Part shown: positions 40,363-51,262 of the stretch, piece after piece
Layout of the letters: each line of letters opens with the position of its first letter
How positions within the stretch are numbered: the stretch's first letter is position 1
Assembly (NCBI GenBank): GCA_918234285.1
Contig: CAKJXZ020000010.1
Location: forward strand, 32,001-96,000
DNA from: Pseudomonadota bacterium
GTDB taxonomy: Bacteria > Pseudomonadota > Alphaproteobacteria > RF32 > CAG-239
DNA length: 64,000 nt
Direction of reading: 5' to 3'
Made by a program: the position numbers and the translations under genes
Notes under the pieces: generated by a model
Database searches by the model: none
What the model was told of the DNA's origin: nothing
The model's input: the letters and a program-made list of their open reading frames with translations, nothing else

Positions 40363-40496
40363 GGTGAATAATCGGGAAATATATCAGTATTTTAGAGGCT
40401 TATGTCGCAGAATCAAAAAAGTAAAAAAAATACTGGAAAAATTAAAAAAAATATGCTACAATCAAAAGAAGTGTAGGGACTTTCAAAGGGAATGCT

Positions 40497-41453
40497 ATGT
40501 ATATTTGGATATTATTGGCAACGATTATGGTCGCTTTGAGCTTTTTCAACGTTGCGCCGCGCGCCGATAAGGAGCACGCACTCAACGAGATTAAGGCTGC
40601 CACGGTTGTTAACCGTTTCAAAGCGGAGCATGTGGCTATGCTGCGTAATATTGAGTGTGAAATAATATTACGACGAAATGACCAGTATTGGGACGGCGCA
40701 GATGATACAAATCCGACTAGCGCGTCAGGACCGGTGAGAGTCACCAACTCTACCAGCTTTATAGCAGAAGGATTAAAAGCCTATACCAAATTTGAAGATC
40801 ATTTACCTGTGGGATATATGCAAGGTAATAACCGTAAGGACGGCACCGGGCAAAATTATTCAATCAGCCAAAAAGAGCATTATGTGTATTGTTTGGATAA
40901 GCCGGCCGAAAGTACAATATCCGACGCATCAGCCGGACAATATTCCGGCAACTTTATTTCGTGTCGTACTACGGCAACAGGATCCAATATCGGATACAAC
41001 CGCTATTTAGTGTCGGTTATGCCGATAAAAGACCGCTGGGTAACCAAAGATGGCAGTAAAAAACCTTTGCCGATTCTTACAAATATATTAGCAAAAAATC
41101 CGAGCAGAACCGCAAAATTGGGGTGGAGCGAGTGTGATGAAAGCGGCTGTGTGTTGCATGGAATGGGGGCTCATGCCGTGCGCTTGGAATATACGGATCA
41201 TGATGAATTTGGGAACTTAAAACAAGAATTGCACCATGTTATTTTGTCTTCGCAGTCTAAGATTTGGGATAATCCGATTTTTAAGACCAGCGGCATGTGT
41301 TATGATAATACCTGTTTGTTTGCTTATGAACAAATACCGGTGGCAGATACAGCTTGTCACTGTGAAAACTTAATCAGAGAAGCAAGCGGTCAGCCGCGAT
41401 TGACCACGGAAGAATGTTATCCGGTGCCACCACCGCCGGAACAGAATCCGTAA
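40497..41453 (+). CDS. Exported Cys-rich protein, possible type IVb pilus accessory
   Basis: Hydrophobic N-terminus, then an amphipathic helix and many Cys; directly upstream of the PilV-like gene. Confidence 0.6.
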   Translation: MYIWILLATIMVALSFFNVAPRADKEHALNEIKAATVVNRFKAEHVAMLRNIECEIILRRNDQYWDGADDTNPTSASGPVRVTNSTSFIAEGLKAYTKFEDHLPVGYMQGNNRKDGTGQNYSISQKEHYVYCLDKPAESTISDASAGQYSGNFISCRTTATGSNIGYNRYLVSVMPIKDRWVTKDGSKKPLPILTNILAKNPSRTAKLGWSECDESGCVLHGMGAHAVRLEYTDHDEFGNLKQELHHVILSSQSKIWDNPIFKTSGMCYDNTCLFAYEQIPVADTACHCENLIREASGQPRLTTEECYPVPPPPEQNP

Positions 41454-41491
41454 AAAATTATTAAGAAGATTAACTTTTAAGGAGAACGCCG

Positions 41492-44400
41492 ATGAAAAAT
41501 TATAACAACAAAAAATCCATACTGGAGCGAGGTGGCTTGATGATAGAAGCCTTAGCCATGCTTGGTTTGATAGCAGTGGTAACCCCGACTATGTATAAAA
41601 AATCTGCCGAACGGACGATGGAGGTTGAAGATATCAATACCGCGACCACCATGCGTACATTTATGAATGCGGCGGAAGCGTATATGAATGCCAACTATAT
41701 CAACATTATGAAGGAAACGGAAGGTCATATGCAGCCAATCGGGGAAGACGAGAATGCTCCGAAAATTGGCGTGGTAACTATAAATCCGGCAGACTTGGAA
41801 CCGTATTTGCCATATAAATATGCCGAGAGCGGCGGTTTATATAACTACAATGCACCTACTGTTCGTGTTGTGCGTTCCGGTGACAACTTAACGGCGTTCG
41901 CGTTGTTTCCGGCAAAAGTTGGCGGAGAGGAAGGAGTCGGGCAAGAACGTACGGTACGTATTGCTTCTTTAATCGGTGCTAACGGCGGTTATGTTCCTAC
42001 TGCCGATAGTCAAACTGCCAAGAGTGCACGCGGTGTCGGCGGCGTGTGGAATTTGGATAACGATCATTATAAAGCGGTATTCGGTGAAAGTAATGACGCG
42101 AAACAGTTCTCCTTAGTGACGTCATCTTCCAATGTGGTGAACAGCTCGACTGCGGCGGCTCAAGCTGATAATACCAAGTATCTGCAACGTACCAAAGAAA
42201 ATGGCGATGGTGAATTGTGGCGTAATGCGATGCGTACGGATTTGTATATGGGTGGTGCCGATTCTGGCAGAGATCCAGATAAGATGAACGAGAATGGTTT
42301 CTTCAGCATAAAGAACATTAACCAGCTGATTGTTAATGCTGAAACTGCTACCGGTTCCTCGGTACAAGGTACACAAGATGCTGCAGCTACAACGATTGAA
42401 GCGGGAACGTATGGTTTATACATCAATAAAGCTACTGGCGAAGGTGCTACGCAAAAAGGCGGTATCAATGCCTATATTGCCGGTACTTTGCAAGCGGCCG
42501 GAAATCAGTTTTGGGCAACAGATAATACATTAAAGTATAAGGGCACCAACCTGGAATTTGACGGCACAAATTTCAGAATAGGGCTGGAAAAAGAGGATGC
42601 TACAGATAAAAAGAAGAATGTTTATGTGCTTGACGGTGTAGCTAATAATGCCGGAAGTAGCACACTTAATGTGATGGGCGATAAGATTCAAGTAGCGGAA
42701 GCCGGAAATATAGGCAATTATAAGCCTAATGCAGAAGTCCAGAAAAAAGCAAATGTGGTTATTAATACGACCAACAAGAAGGGTAGTCAAGAAACAAATC
42801 CTCTTACGATAGATGCGCCGAAATATTCAGCCGATAACAAGGCACCGGAATTCGGTGTTGATGTATCCGGCAATATGGTGGTTGAAGGTGCGTTGGCAGC
42901 AGGTCAACTTGATACCAATAAAATTCGTGCCTCCAGCCTTTCCGTCGGCTCAGCAAATATCGATGATGCGAAAAAATGGATGGATGTTGATAAAGACGGC
43001 GTTCATATTCATCAGCCGAAAAATGGTGCTCATGCGGGTACGCAAATTGAAGCCAGAGAAGGTTTTGTTGCCATGCGTGTCGGTGAAAGTAATACTATAA
43101 GCACTAGCACTGAAAATCCGGAGACTGCCGCCGTTGAAACGGATAATGATGCGCAAATCCTTATGTCTTCCGGCGGTATTACGGAAAAGGTAGCCTCCGG
43201 CAAAAATTTGACCTTGGCCGGATCCGGTGTCGGTGTTCAAATTAACGACAGCAATATCAATATCGGCAATAGTGATGCAAGAACCTTGAACACCAATAAT
43301 GGCACACCTGCCGATTATCAAGTAACTTTCGAATCAGGCGGAGACGTTAATGTTGACAGCAGTAACCTGAGCGTGAAAGCTGACAGTGCACCGGTCTTTA
43401 CCGTCAGAGGTAAAGAAAGTTTTACGGGTCAATCGGGAGATACTAATAATAGAGACAAATTATCGGGTTTGGGAGGATATCGTATAGCCGGTCACGGAAA
43501 CACGTTGTTTACCAGTGGAATGGATAGTGGTACAGATACTAATGTTGTCAGGTATTTATCTATGTCGGGAAGCTTGCCGAAAGAGAATAATGTTACTGTT
43601 CCTGCCGCGGTGAATATTATCGGCGGTCAACAAGACAGCGGGGATTTGGATCAAGCTAAAGGAGTTATGTATATCGATTTGGATGACAGAGGTTCGAATG
43701 CGTATGCCCAAGTACAAGTAAACGATAACCCTGAACAAGGTGTGGGCGAAAATGCTACAAGTACCAGAATCGGCGGTGACGAGATTTTGGCCGGCGGTAT
43801 TTATATCCGTAAAGGTTTAATTGATATTGTTCCGGATAGTTCACAATCCAATGCCGGATTTAAGGATCAGAATAATCCGACTGTATATCAGATAGGTGCA
43901 AATACCGCCGATGACGGAATGGGTGTTATCAGAGCCAGCCGCTTGGTGGCAAACAATGTTACAACTTCCGGAAAAAGAGTGATGGTGCCGGAGTTCTTTG
44001 ATAATACTATTTATAGCGAATATAACGGCGCAGACGGAACGACTCGTTATGATACTTATATGGTGAATCCGGCTTATACTTCGGTAATGAACGATATTAA
44101 GTTGGTTTCGCGCGGTGGCGCCCGTTTGAGCGATATTTTGCCGGTGTTTATTACCAAGGGTATTTATACGGCGGTTAACAACTACGGGGAATCGGCATTT
44201 AACAAGAGTGATTTCAGTGATGGTTCCGGTTTGTACATTAATAGCGACAATATTCTTAATATAAAAACTTGCCCAAGTACAAATCCAAATTCTTGTCCGA
44301 ATGATATAAATGAGCCGGCCTCGCCTATTATCGGTTTAGTGCCGTTACCGCAATGTCCTCCGGGATATGCGCGTATGATTACGGTTACTCCGGCTAACAT

Positions 44401-45880
44401 TCGTATGGCGGAAGCCGGTAGATTCAAGAATGCCTACTATAATGAAAAATTCAGAGGAATTGATATTGATGTAGATGACTTTACCAATCCGACCAATAGT
44501 GATTACTTTAAAGACAATAAGGGTAACATACAGACTATCGACTCTTTAGATGAGGCTGCTCTCGCCCGTATGAGTGAAACTGACAGAAAGAAATTAAAAG
44601 AATCACAGGTTATGAAACTGTATGCGGCGTATATTTCGACAAAGGATAGTGAAGGGAGATATGCTGTTACAAATATGAACCCGACGTATCAGGGAGGTGT
44701 TCATTTGACCGGCGGTGATGAATCATGGTCCGGTATGGTTGGCAGTAATAAGGTTCAAAATCCTGAAGGTTTCCAAGGAAAGATGGAATTGGATGTAGCT
44801 AACAGAGATTATAATCTTACAGAAGACGAGATTATTAGTACAAGCGAGGTAGCTGCAGTTACGGGTTCTAATGGTGCTATATCCAAAGAGAGAGGAGGGC
44901 GCAGAGTAACATCCTCAGAAACTGATCGTAACTCTACTTCTTCTTTACACGATGTTGGTCATACTGTTACGCATAAAATAGAAGAAACAAATACTACTGA
45001 TAAAAATGTTTATAACACGGTTCCAAGCACGGATGATGAGGATACTACGTCGTCTGGTTATGTAAAGACCGCAAATATCATCTCCAATGATATAAACTCG
45101 CAGTTGTTGACAATTCATGACCAACATCAGGATAATAATAATTCACAACACCAAACAACTGAACCGCGCCATTATAAGTTGAAAAATGATATTGATATTT
45201 CCGGTACCCGTATTTTGGCGGACCGTATCCGGAATGTTCAGTTTGAAGGTAAAAACAGTCATGGTGTGATGGAAAAAGCTTATGTGTTGACGTCGAAGAA
45301 CCCTAACTATATAGAGCCGATGACCTTCCAAAAGAGTACTTGGCTGAAAACGGCAGCAATTCCGGTTGCTAAACAAGGCAAAGATGTTGCTTCCGGTTGG
45401 ACTATTTTGATGGGCTTTATTTATCCGCGTGCGGCATATCAGAATATATTGACAACACTGCAGGTTGCCGATCAGTATCAAAAATTTGCCTCTTACGGTG
45501 ATGCTACGGCGCGTAACCGTAGCGGTTTTGATACTAGAGACAGAAAATACCGAGTGGTAGGTCGAGATAGCAACGGAAATGCAATATATGACAGCACCGA
45601 GGAGTTTTTCTACTGGAATATTTTCCCGGTTGAACAGGAAAGCTTGGAAGCATACATAACAACTTATTGTTATTTTGACCAAAACAATAACGCTTACGGT
45701 ATGTTTAAGAACAGCGGAAAAACAGGAAATGAATATAATACCGATTCGGAAGTGAAAGGCCATTTGCCGATGATTGATTATATTACGACATTTCCGGAAG
45801 GATATGAACCTACGGGCGATAATAAGAGATATCGTCAGATGTTGAACGATCCGTCGATGAAATACAACGAATTGTGGTAA
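41492..45880 (+). CDS. Giant PilV-like (Shufflon_N domain) type IV pilus tip adhesin
   Basis: Class III signal ERG|GLMIE plus hydrophobic helix. AAEAYMNANY and IASLIGANGGYV...ARGVGGVW resemble the R64 PilV N-terminus. VPLPQCPPGY and TYCYF resemble PilV-type C-termini. Confidence 0.75.
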   Translation: MKNYNNKKSILERGGLMIEALAMLGLIAVVTPTMYKKSAERTMEVEDINTATTMRTFMNAAEAYMNANYINIMKETEGHMQPIGEDENAPKIGVVTINPADLEPYLPYKYAESGGLYNYNAPTVRVVRSGDNLTAFALFPAKVGGEEGVGQERTVRIASLIGANGGYVPTADSQTAKSARGVGGVWNLDNDHYKAVFGESNDAKQFSLVTSSSNVVNSSTAAAQADNTKYLQRTKENGDGELWRNAMRTDLYMGGADSGRDPDKMNENGFFSIKNINQLIVNAETATGSSVQGTQDAAATTIEAGTYGLYINKATGEGATQKGGINAYIAGTLQAAGNQFWATDNTLKYKGTNLEFDGTNFRIGLEKEDATDKKKNVYVLDGVANNAGSSTLNVMGDKIQVAEAGNIGNYKPNAEVQKKANVVINTTNKKGSQETNPLTIDAPKYSADNKAPEFGVDVSGNMVVEGALAAGQLDTNKIRASSLSVGSANIDDAKKWMDVDKDGVHIHQPKNGAHAGTQIEAREGFVAMRVGESNTISTSTENPETAAVETDNDAQILMSSGGITEKVASGKNLTLAGSGVGVQINDSNINIGNSDARTLNTNNGTPADYQVTFESGGDVNVDSSNLSVKADSAPVFTVRGKESFTGQSGDTNNRDKLSGLGGYRIAGHGNTLFTSGMDSGTDTNVVRYLSMSGSLPKENNVTVPAAVNIIGGQQDSGDLDQAKGVMYIDLDDRGSNAYAQVQVNDNPEQGVGENATSTRIGGDEILAGGIYIRKGLIDIVPDSSQSNAGFKDQNNPTVYQIGANTADDGMGVIRASRLVANNVTTSGKRVMVPEFFDNTIYSEYNGADGTTRYDTYMVNPAYTSVMNDIKLVSRGGARLSDILPVFITKGIYTAVNNYGESAFNKSDFSDGSGLYINSDNILNIKTCPSTNPNSCPNDINEPASPIIGLVPLPQCPPGYARMITVTPANIRMAEAGRFKNAYYNEKFRGIDIDVDDFTNPTNSDYFKDNKGNIQTIDSLDEAALARMSETDRKKLKESQVMKLYAAYISTKDSEGRYAVTNMNPTYQGGVHLTGGDESWSGMVGSNKVQNPEGFQGKMELDVANRDYNLTEDEIISTSEVAAVTGSNGAISKERGGRRVTSSETDRNSTSSLHDVGHTVTHKIEETNTTDKNVYNTVPSTDDEDTTSSGYVKTANIISNDINSQLLTIHDQHQDNNNSQHQTTEPRHYKLKNDIDISGTRILADRIRNVQFEGKNSHGVMEKAYVLTSKNPNYIEPMTFQKSTWLKTAAIPVAKQGKDVASGWTILMGFIYPRAAYQNILTTLQVADQYQKFASYGDATARNRSGFDTRDRKYRVVGRDSNGNAIYDSTEEFFYWNIFPVEQESLEAYITTYCYFDQNNNAYGMFKNSGKTGNEYNTDSEVKGHLPMIDYITTFPEGYEPTGDNKRYRQMLNDPSMKYNELW

Positions 45881-45892
45881 TATTGTATTGCG

Positions 45893-45933
45893 GGAAAACG
45901 CCGGTTGGAGATATTCTGACCGGTGTTTTTTTT
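45893..45933 (+). terminator. Intrinsic terminator
   Basis: AAAACGCCGGTTGGA-loop-TCTGACCGGTGTTTTTTTT. Confidence 0.75.
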
Positions 45934-46038
45934 GCGCTCTTTAAGATGATGGCAGTATTGTTTTGTGTATAATTTGCATAAAGCGCGACAGCATTTATTT
46001 TTTTTGGTATCATATGTTGTCGTATTAAGGAGATTTGC

Positions 46039-49000
46039 ATGTATAAAAAAATTGCCGTTTTAACCGGTTTAATGTTATTGAATGTTTTTCCGGCATTTGC
46101 CGTTGACGAATATTCCGTCGACGGAGATAATTACTCGTACAGATTTTTAGTGTATAACGAAGGCGAGGAGTTGGATATCGGGGGGAAAAAGTATAAGAGC
46201 CCGTTTACGCTTTCGCAGAGCAATTTGCAGACGCTGACTGCCGCCGCGCAAAAATGGGCCTACGTTATAAAAACCACCAGCCCTAAGCCGAAAGAGGGAT
46301 ATGCAATAGTAACGGAAGATGAGTATAATGCTTCGGCAATAAGTTCGTATACAAAAATAGAAGAATCTCCTTATCCGGTAACATATGTCAATGCAACCAT
46401 AAATAATCTCCATATCATAGATGACGATGATGACGACGACGATGATGATCCGCTGGACGGAATTTACGGTATTATTACCATCGGATACGGAATTGAAGAA
46501 GATAATCCGGGATGGCAGGATTTTAACGGATTGCATTCTTTGTTGCATAATCAGTCGTTGCCGGATTTGTATACCACGCTGTTGCATGAGTTTATGCATT
46601 CGCTGGGTTATGATACCGATGTATCGCAACAGCGTCCGGAAAGTACGGATCCGAAAGGTTATTATTTTACGGAAAAAGACACCGACAACTTGACGGTTTG
46701 GGATAAAAATCTGCGACTTTATTCCGGAAGCTATGAGGTATTTGATGCGGATGACGAGATTGTTCCGACATCGCAAATGTCGGTCGGCAAAAATCGGGAT
46801 TTTGATATATTTGAATATTCTCCTTATTTTGTCGGAGAAGAAACCATTAAGGTTTTGGGCGGTCAAGACGATTATGATGATGCCCGGGTTGCCATTATTC
46901 AAAACGGTGGTTTAACCAGTTATTCCGCCAGTTATGATAGTAAAGAAACACGGCCGCAAGTCTTCGGGATGCCGATACATAATGCCGACAGCTTTGAACC
47001 GGATTTGGCGCATACCGAGCTGCGCAACAGCTTTATGTCGCACCAGGCTTTTCGTAACTGGTTGGTGCCGATGGAAGCCGAATTGGCGCTTTTGAAAGAT
47101 TTGGGATATAATATTGAATTGCGCGATTACTTCGGTAAATCGTATTATTTGGATGATATAACCGATACCTTTGCTACCGGCTATTCCGAATGGAACGGTA
47201 GCGCTTATACCGGTAATCCGAGTAATGTAGCGCAAGGCGTTGGTCTGCATATATACGGCGACAACAATAAAATTACGCAAACTTCGGATATAGTGACCAA
47301 CGGTGAGGGTTCTTTCGGTGTCAGAATAGACGGCGTGAACAACCAATACACCTTGAGTGGCGGTAGCAGTATCGAAACCAACGGTAAGGAAAATCTGGGA
47401 ATTGCCGTAACTTGGGGTAAGGGCCATATCGTGAATATCGAAAAAAATGCGGAGGTAACGGCTACGGGCGATGAAGGTATTGCGGTTGCGTTCGATTTTG
47501 GGGAAAATATGTTCGGCAATTTGGACGATACCCGCGGTTCGTATATCAATTATGACGGCGAAGATAACAGAGTTCCCTTGAGCGAAACCGACAAGGCTCT
47601 GGTTAAGCAATTCAATGTTGCCGGTACTTTGAGCGGAAAGCTGGCGGCAATTTATATTGCGGATAATGCCCACGTCGAAGCAATCAATATATTGAACGGG
47701 GCATATATCAACGGTAATATCGTTTCCGATTGGAATTCCGAAAAATCCGGCCCGAAAAGCAGAGTTATGCGGGAAGAATCCGGTGAATGGACTTATGTCG
47801 ATGTCAGCGACGAATCGCAGATATATTTTACCGACATCAATATAAATGTAGGCTTTAACGGCACGATTAACGGCAGTATCGACGGAGAGGTAACGGACGG
47901 CATAAATACTCTGAGATTGAACAACGAGGGAATCGTAAATATCAAAGGCGAGAAAATTGCGGTTTATTCTTTTGACAATTCTGGCGCGGTAGATATCGAT
48001 AACGCCGTTGTTTCCGTACAAAACGGAGAAATCACCGGCATCGGCGAAATAAATGCTGTTGACAATCTGGAGTTGGCTGCAAACATAAAACAAATTGATA
48101 ATATTGTGAATTTACAAAGTGATGCACTGTTTTCAACTATAAACGATGAAATAGGTACGGTGGAGATTATGCAGTTGAATGCTGACAACGCAAAGATTTC
48201 TTTTGATTTGGGTGATAAATATGTGCTGAAAAATGCCTCGCAAGATGATACGGCGTCTATTTCAAAAATTATCTTAACGATGGAAAATGCCGATACTTTG
48301 CAAGACGGCGCAACTTATGAATTGTTCGGCGATGCCGATAAGGTACTCGATTTGGGTGATTCTTACGGCAACGTTTATTATAACAACAAAAAATATTATC
48401 TGACGCAAGATGATCAGCAGAAAAATTTGCTCCGCGCCAGAATGTCTGACGAAAAAGTTACGCTGCACGAGGCGGTGGAAAATGAATCGGCCATAAATTA
48501 TATTATGACGAAAGACAACAAACAAACCGAAGATGTCGGAACGGTTAACGGCGGTTATTTTGAAATCAGCGGTGAGGATGTGGATGTTAACGGTTATAAA
48601 GGTTTAACGGTTGACGGCGAACACAACTCGGAAAAAACCGTACTCAAAACCGGTATTTACGGCGCAAAAGGCAGTAACGTCAGCGTGGTAAACAACGGCA
48701 ATTTGGAAGTGATTGCCAAAGATAAAGAAATTGTACTCGGCGGGCAAGACGAAACAGCCGTTTATCTGGATAACGGCAGCGTGTCGTTGAATGCAAGCAA
48801 ATATGCCATAAACGTTGACGGGGCGATAAAGGGTACGGAAGACGGCAAAAACGAGATTAAAGCCACAGGTAAATCCGTTTCTTTAAATGAAGTTGACAAT
48901 GTAAGCATTACAGCGATGAGCACCGAAATAAATATGGGGGATGTTGCTCATAACACGACCTTGATTTCCAGTTTCAGCGATATAAACGTTGCAGATGACG

Positions 49001-50361
49001 CATTTTTGGCGGCCGACGGAAGTAATGAGCTTTCCAGTATTGGCGGCACAATTAATCTGCTTAACGGGAAGGCATCGCCGATAACCTTGAACAAAATAGA
49101 ATTACTCGACGATACTAAGCTGAATATTGACATTGACTTGGCAAATGAGACGGCCGACCGTCTGGTTGTGCCTGCAACGGAGAATTTATCTTTAGATGGC
49201 GCAAAATTGAACATTGATAAGGTGAATCTGTTAAATCAGAATGCCGCGTTGACCGCCGAAAAAATCAAAATACCGTTTATCAGCGAAGAATTTAATAACC
49301 AAAACCTGTTGGGGAACGTTGAGGTAGCAAAGTTGCCGTCGTTGCTTACGCCGATTTTCAAATACGATTTCGGCTATAACGAAGATAAAAAATCCGGCAA
49401 TTTTGTGCTGCAAAGAGGTTCGTCGTCGCAATACGAAAGTTATAACCCGGCGATTGTGGCGGCTCCGGTTGCGACTTTGAGCGGATATTTGACGCAGTTG
49501 CACGCTTATGATACGGCGTTTAATAACATCGGCGAAGGATTCAGGACAACGGGAAATCGGGCAAATTATCAAGGACAAACCACGGTTATGCCGGATAAAA
49601 CGCTATGGATTAAACCGTCTTCTTCTTTTGAAAAGCTTAATTTGAAAAACGGTCCGGAAATTAAAGACAATATGTATGATGTTTATGCCGGAATCGATGC
49701 ACCGACCGCAAAAGTTTTCAGCGGCGGTGATCTGCGCTACGGAGTATATGCCGGCTATAATTATTCTCGCCAGAAATATGAAGGCAATACCATTCGTCAA
49801 AACGGAGGAACGCTCGGCTTGGTCGCTCATTTGTATAAGAACGGTTGGTTTAATACCGCAACCGTGAATGCCGGCTTGGATAAAGCCGAGGAATCGACAA
49901 TGTACGGCAAGGAAGATTTTAATATTTTCAGATACGGTATTGCCGATAAAATCGGGTTTAACTGGTTGTCGCAAAAGAAAAATTTTGTGGTTCAGCCAAG
50001 TTTATTGCTGAGTTATACAACCATCAGAACTTCAAACTATTATAATGCGGCCAATGTCAAAATCACCTCGGACCCGCTGCATGCGTTTAACGTTGCTCCG
50101 GGAGTAAGACTTGCCTGCAATTTGCGCGACGGTTGGCAGCCGTATGCCGAGGCAAAAATGGTGTGGAACATTATGAATGATACCGATTTTGCGGCGCAGC
50201 GCATTAATTTGCCGGAAATGAGTGTTAAGCCGTACGTACAATACGGCGTCGGCGTACAGAAAATCGGCGCCGGCAGAATCTCCGGCTACGGGCAGGTTGA
50301 TATGCTGAGCGGAGGCAGAAGAGGTGTCGACATGACGGTTGGCATCAGATGGGCGTTTTAA
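46039..50361 (+). CDS. Autotransporter with putative zinc metallopeptidase passenger
   Basis: Sec signal, LLHEFMHSLG, beta-helix-like middle, and a C-terminal amphipathic beta-barrel ending VGIRWAF. Confidence 0.85.
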   Translation: MYKKIAVLTGLMLLNVFPAFAVDEYSVDGDNYSYRFLVYNEGEELDIGGKKYKSPFTLSQSNLQTLTAAAQKWAYVIKTTSPKPKEGYAIVTEDEYNASAISSYTKIEESPYPVTYVNATINNLHIIDDDDDDDDDDPLDGIYGIITIGYGIEEDNPGWQDFNGLHSLLHNQSLPDLYTTLLHEFMHSLGYDTDVSQQRPESTDPKGYYFTEKDTDNLTVWDKNLRLYSGSYEVFDADDEIVPTSQMSVGKNRDFDIFEYSPYFVGEETIKVLGGQDDYDDARVAIIQNGGLTSYSASYDSKETRPQVFGMPIHNADSFEPDLAHTELRNSFMSHQAFRNWLVPMEAELALLKDLGYNIELRDYFGKSYYLDDITDTFATGYSEWNGSAYTGNPSNVAQGVGLHIYGDNNKITQTSDIVTNGEGSFGVRIDGVNNQYTLSGGSSIETNGKENLGIAVTWGKGHIVNIEKNAEVTATGDEGIAVAFDFGENMFGNLDDTRGSYINYDGEDNRVPLSETDKALVKQFNVAGTLSGKLAAIYIADNAHVEAINILNGAYINGNIVSDWNSEKSGPKSRVMREESGEWTYVDVSDESQIYFTDININVGFNGTINGSIDGEVTDGINTLRLNNEGIVNIKGEKIAVYSFDNSGAVDIDNAVVSVQNGEITGIGEINAVDNLELAANIKQIDNIVNLQSDALFSTINDEIGTVEIMQLNADNAKISFDLGDKYVLKNASQDDTASISKIILTMENADTLQDGATYELFGDADKVLDLGDSYGNVYYNNKKYYLTQDDQQKNLLRARMSDEKVTLHEAVENESAINYIMTKDNKQTEDVGTVNGGYFEISGEDVDVNGYKGLTVDGEHNSEKTVLKTGIYGAKGSNVSVVNNGNLEVIAKDKEIVLGGQDETAVYLDNGSVSLNASKYAINVDGAIKGTEDGKNEIKATGKSVSLNEVDNVSITAMSTEINMGDVAHNTTLISSFSDINVADDAFLAADGSNELSSIGGTINLLNGKASPITLNKIELLDDTKLNIDIDLANETADRLVVPATENLSLDGAKLNIDKVNLLNQNAALTAEKIKIPFISEEFNNQNLLGNVEVAKLPSLLTPIFKYDFGYNEDKKSGNFVLQRGSSSQYESYNPAIVAAPVATLSGYLTQLHAYDTAFNNIGEGFRTTGNRANYQGQTTVMPDKTLWIKPSSSFEKLNLKNGPEIKDNMYDVYAGIDAPTAKVFSGGDLRYGVYAGYNYSRQKYEGNTIRQNGGTLGLVAHLYKNGWFNTATVNAGLDKAEESTMYGKEDFNIFRYGIADKIGFNWLSQKKNFVVQPSLLLSYTTIRTSNYYNAANVKITSDPLHAFNVAPGVRLACNLRDGWQPYAEAKMVWNIMNDTDFAAQRINLPEMSVKPYVQYGVGVQKIGAGRISGYGQVDMLSGGRRGVDMTVGIRWAF

Positions 50362-50378
50362 GCTGAAACAGGGCAAAG

Positions 50379-51125
50379 ATGATGGCGGTGACGCAAAATC
50401 TGAAAAACATAATCGATAGATATATTGCGGAATTTAAGCAAAAATACCATCTGCCGAAAACCGTGAAGCCGTCGCTTCCGATTGTGTGGTTCGGCAACAA
50501 GGAAGAATACGATAGGTCGCCCTTAAAAATCGTGACGGTGGGATTAAATCCGTCGTTAAAAGAATTTGAAAAACCGCGGTTTACACCGGTTAATTTGAAC
50601 GATGATGATGTAGCGGAAAAACTTGCGTTGACGCTTAATGATTATTTTAAGAAAAATCCGTACAAAGCTTGGTTTAATGATTTTGAAAAAGTTATTAAAT
50701 GGTTTGATGCAAGTTATTATGAAACGATGAATAAGCCGAACAGGGCGCTGCATATTGATATTTATTCCGCCATTGCCACCAATCCGACATGGGGAAAACT
50801 TGATGAAGCGGAGAAAAAGCAGTTTAATCAAACGGCCTTGTTTGTTGAGCTTTTGCAAGAGCTTAATCCCGATATGATAATCTGTTCGGTAAATCAGAAA
50901 GTTTTTAAGGATGTCTTTTCGGATTTTTGTTTTGTTAAGCAGGCAGAGAAAATCAGTAAAAAAATCAGCCCTAAAAGCGGAAAAAAATGCGGATTTTATA
51001 TTCGCAAATATAAAGATGAAAAACACAACAGAATATTGATCAGCGGGAGAAACATGAAAGGGCAGCCTTTCGGCGGAGTGAGCGAACCGGAATTGGCAGA
51101 GGCAATAAAGGAAATAGCGGATTAA
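50379..51125 (+). CDS. Uracil-DNA glycosylase-like superfamily protein
   Basis: PIVWFGN...KIVTVGLNPS and LNPDMII resemble UDG-like motifs. Confidence 0.55.
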   Translation: MMAVTQNLKNIIDRYIAEFKQKYHLPKTVKPSLPIVWFGNKEEYDRSPLKIVTVGLNPSLKEFEKPRFTPVNLNDDDVAEKLALTLNDYFKKNPYKAWFNDFEKVIKWFDASYYETMNKPNRALHIDIYSAIATNPTWGKLDEAEKKQFNQTALFVELLQELNPDMIICSVNQKVFKDVFSDFCFVKQAEKISKKISPKSGKKCGFYIRKYKDEKHNRILISGRNMKGQPFGGVSEPELAEAIKEIAD

Positions 51126-51262
51126 GCCGATTTTATTGTTTGTCGCTATTTTGTTGGCGACGAAAAATCAATAGAGCTTAACTTTTTGTTGCAAAAAAAC
51201 AAAAAAATCAATAAACTTAGGCAAATATCTGTTGCATTTAAAATGTTGAAAAGGATAAAACT

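Noticed and set aside
44300-46040. Shufflon downstream of the PilV-like gene
   Set aside because: No rci recombinase, repeated sfx-like sites or inverted alternative C-terminal cassettes; the gene is followed directly by a terminator.
46912-48093. 393-aa antisense ORF within the autotransporter
   Set aside because: Stop-free antisense frame produced by codon bias; not protein-like.
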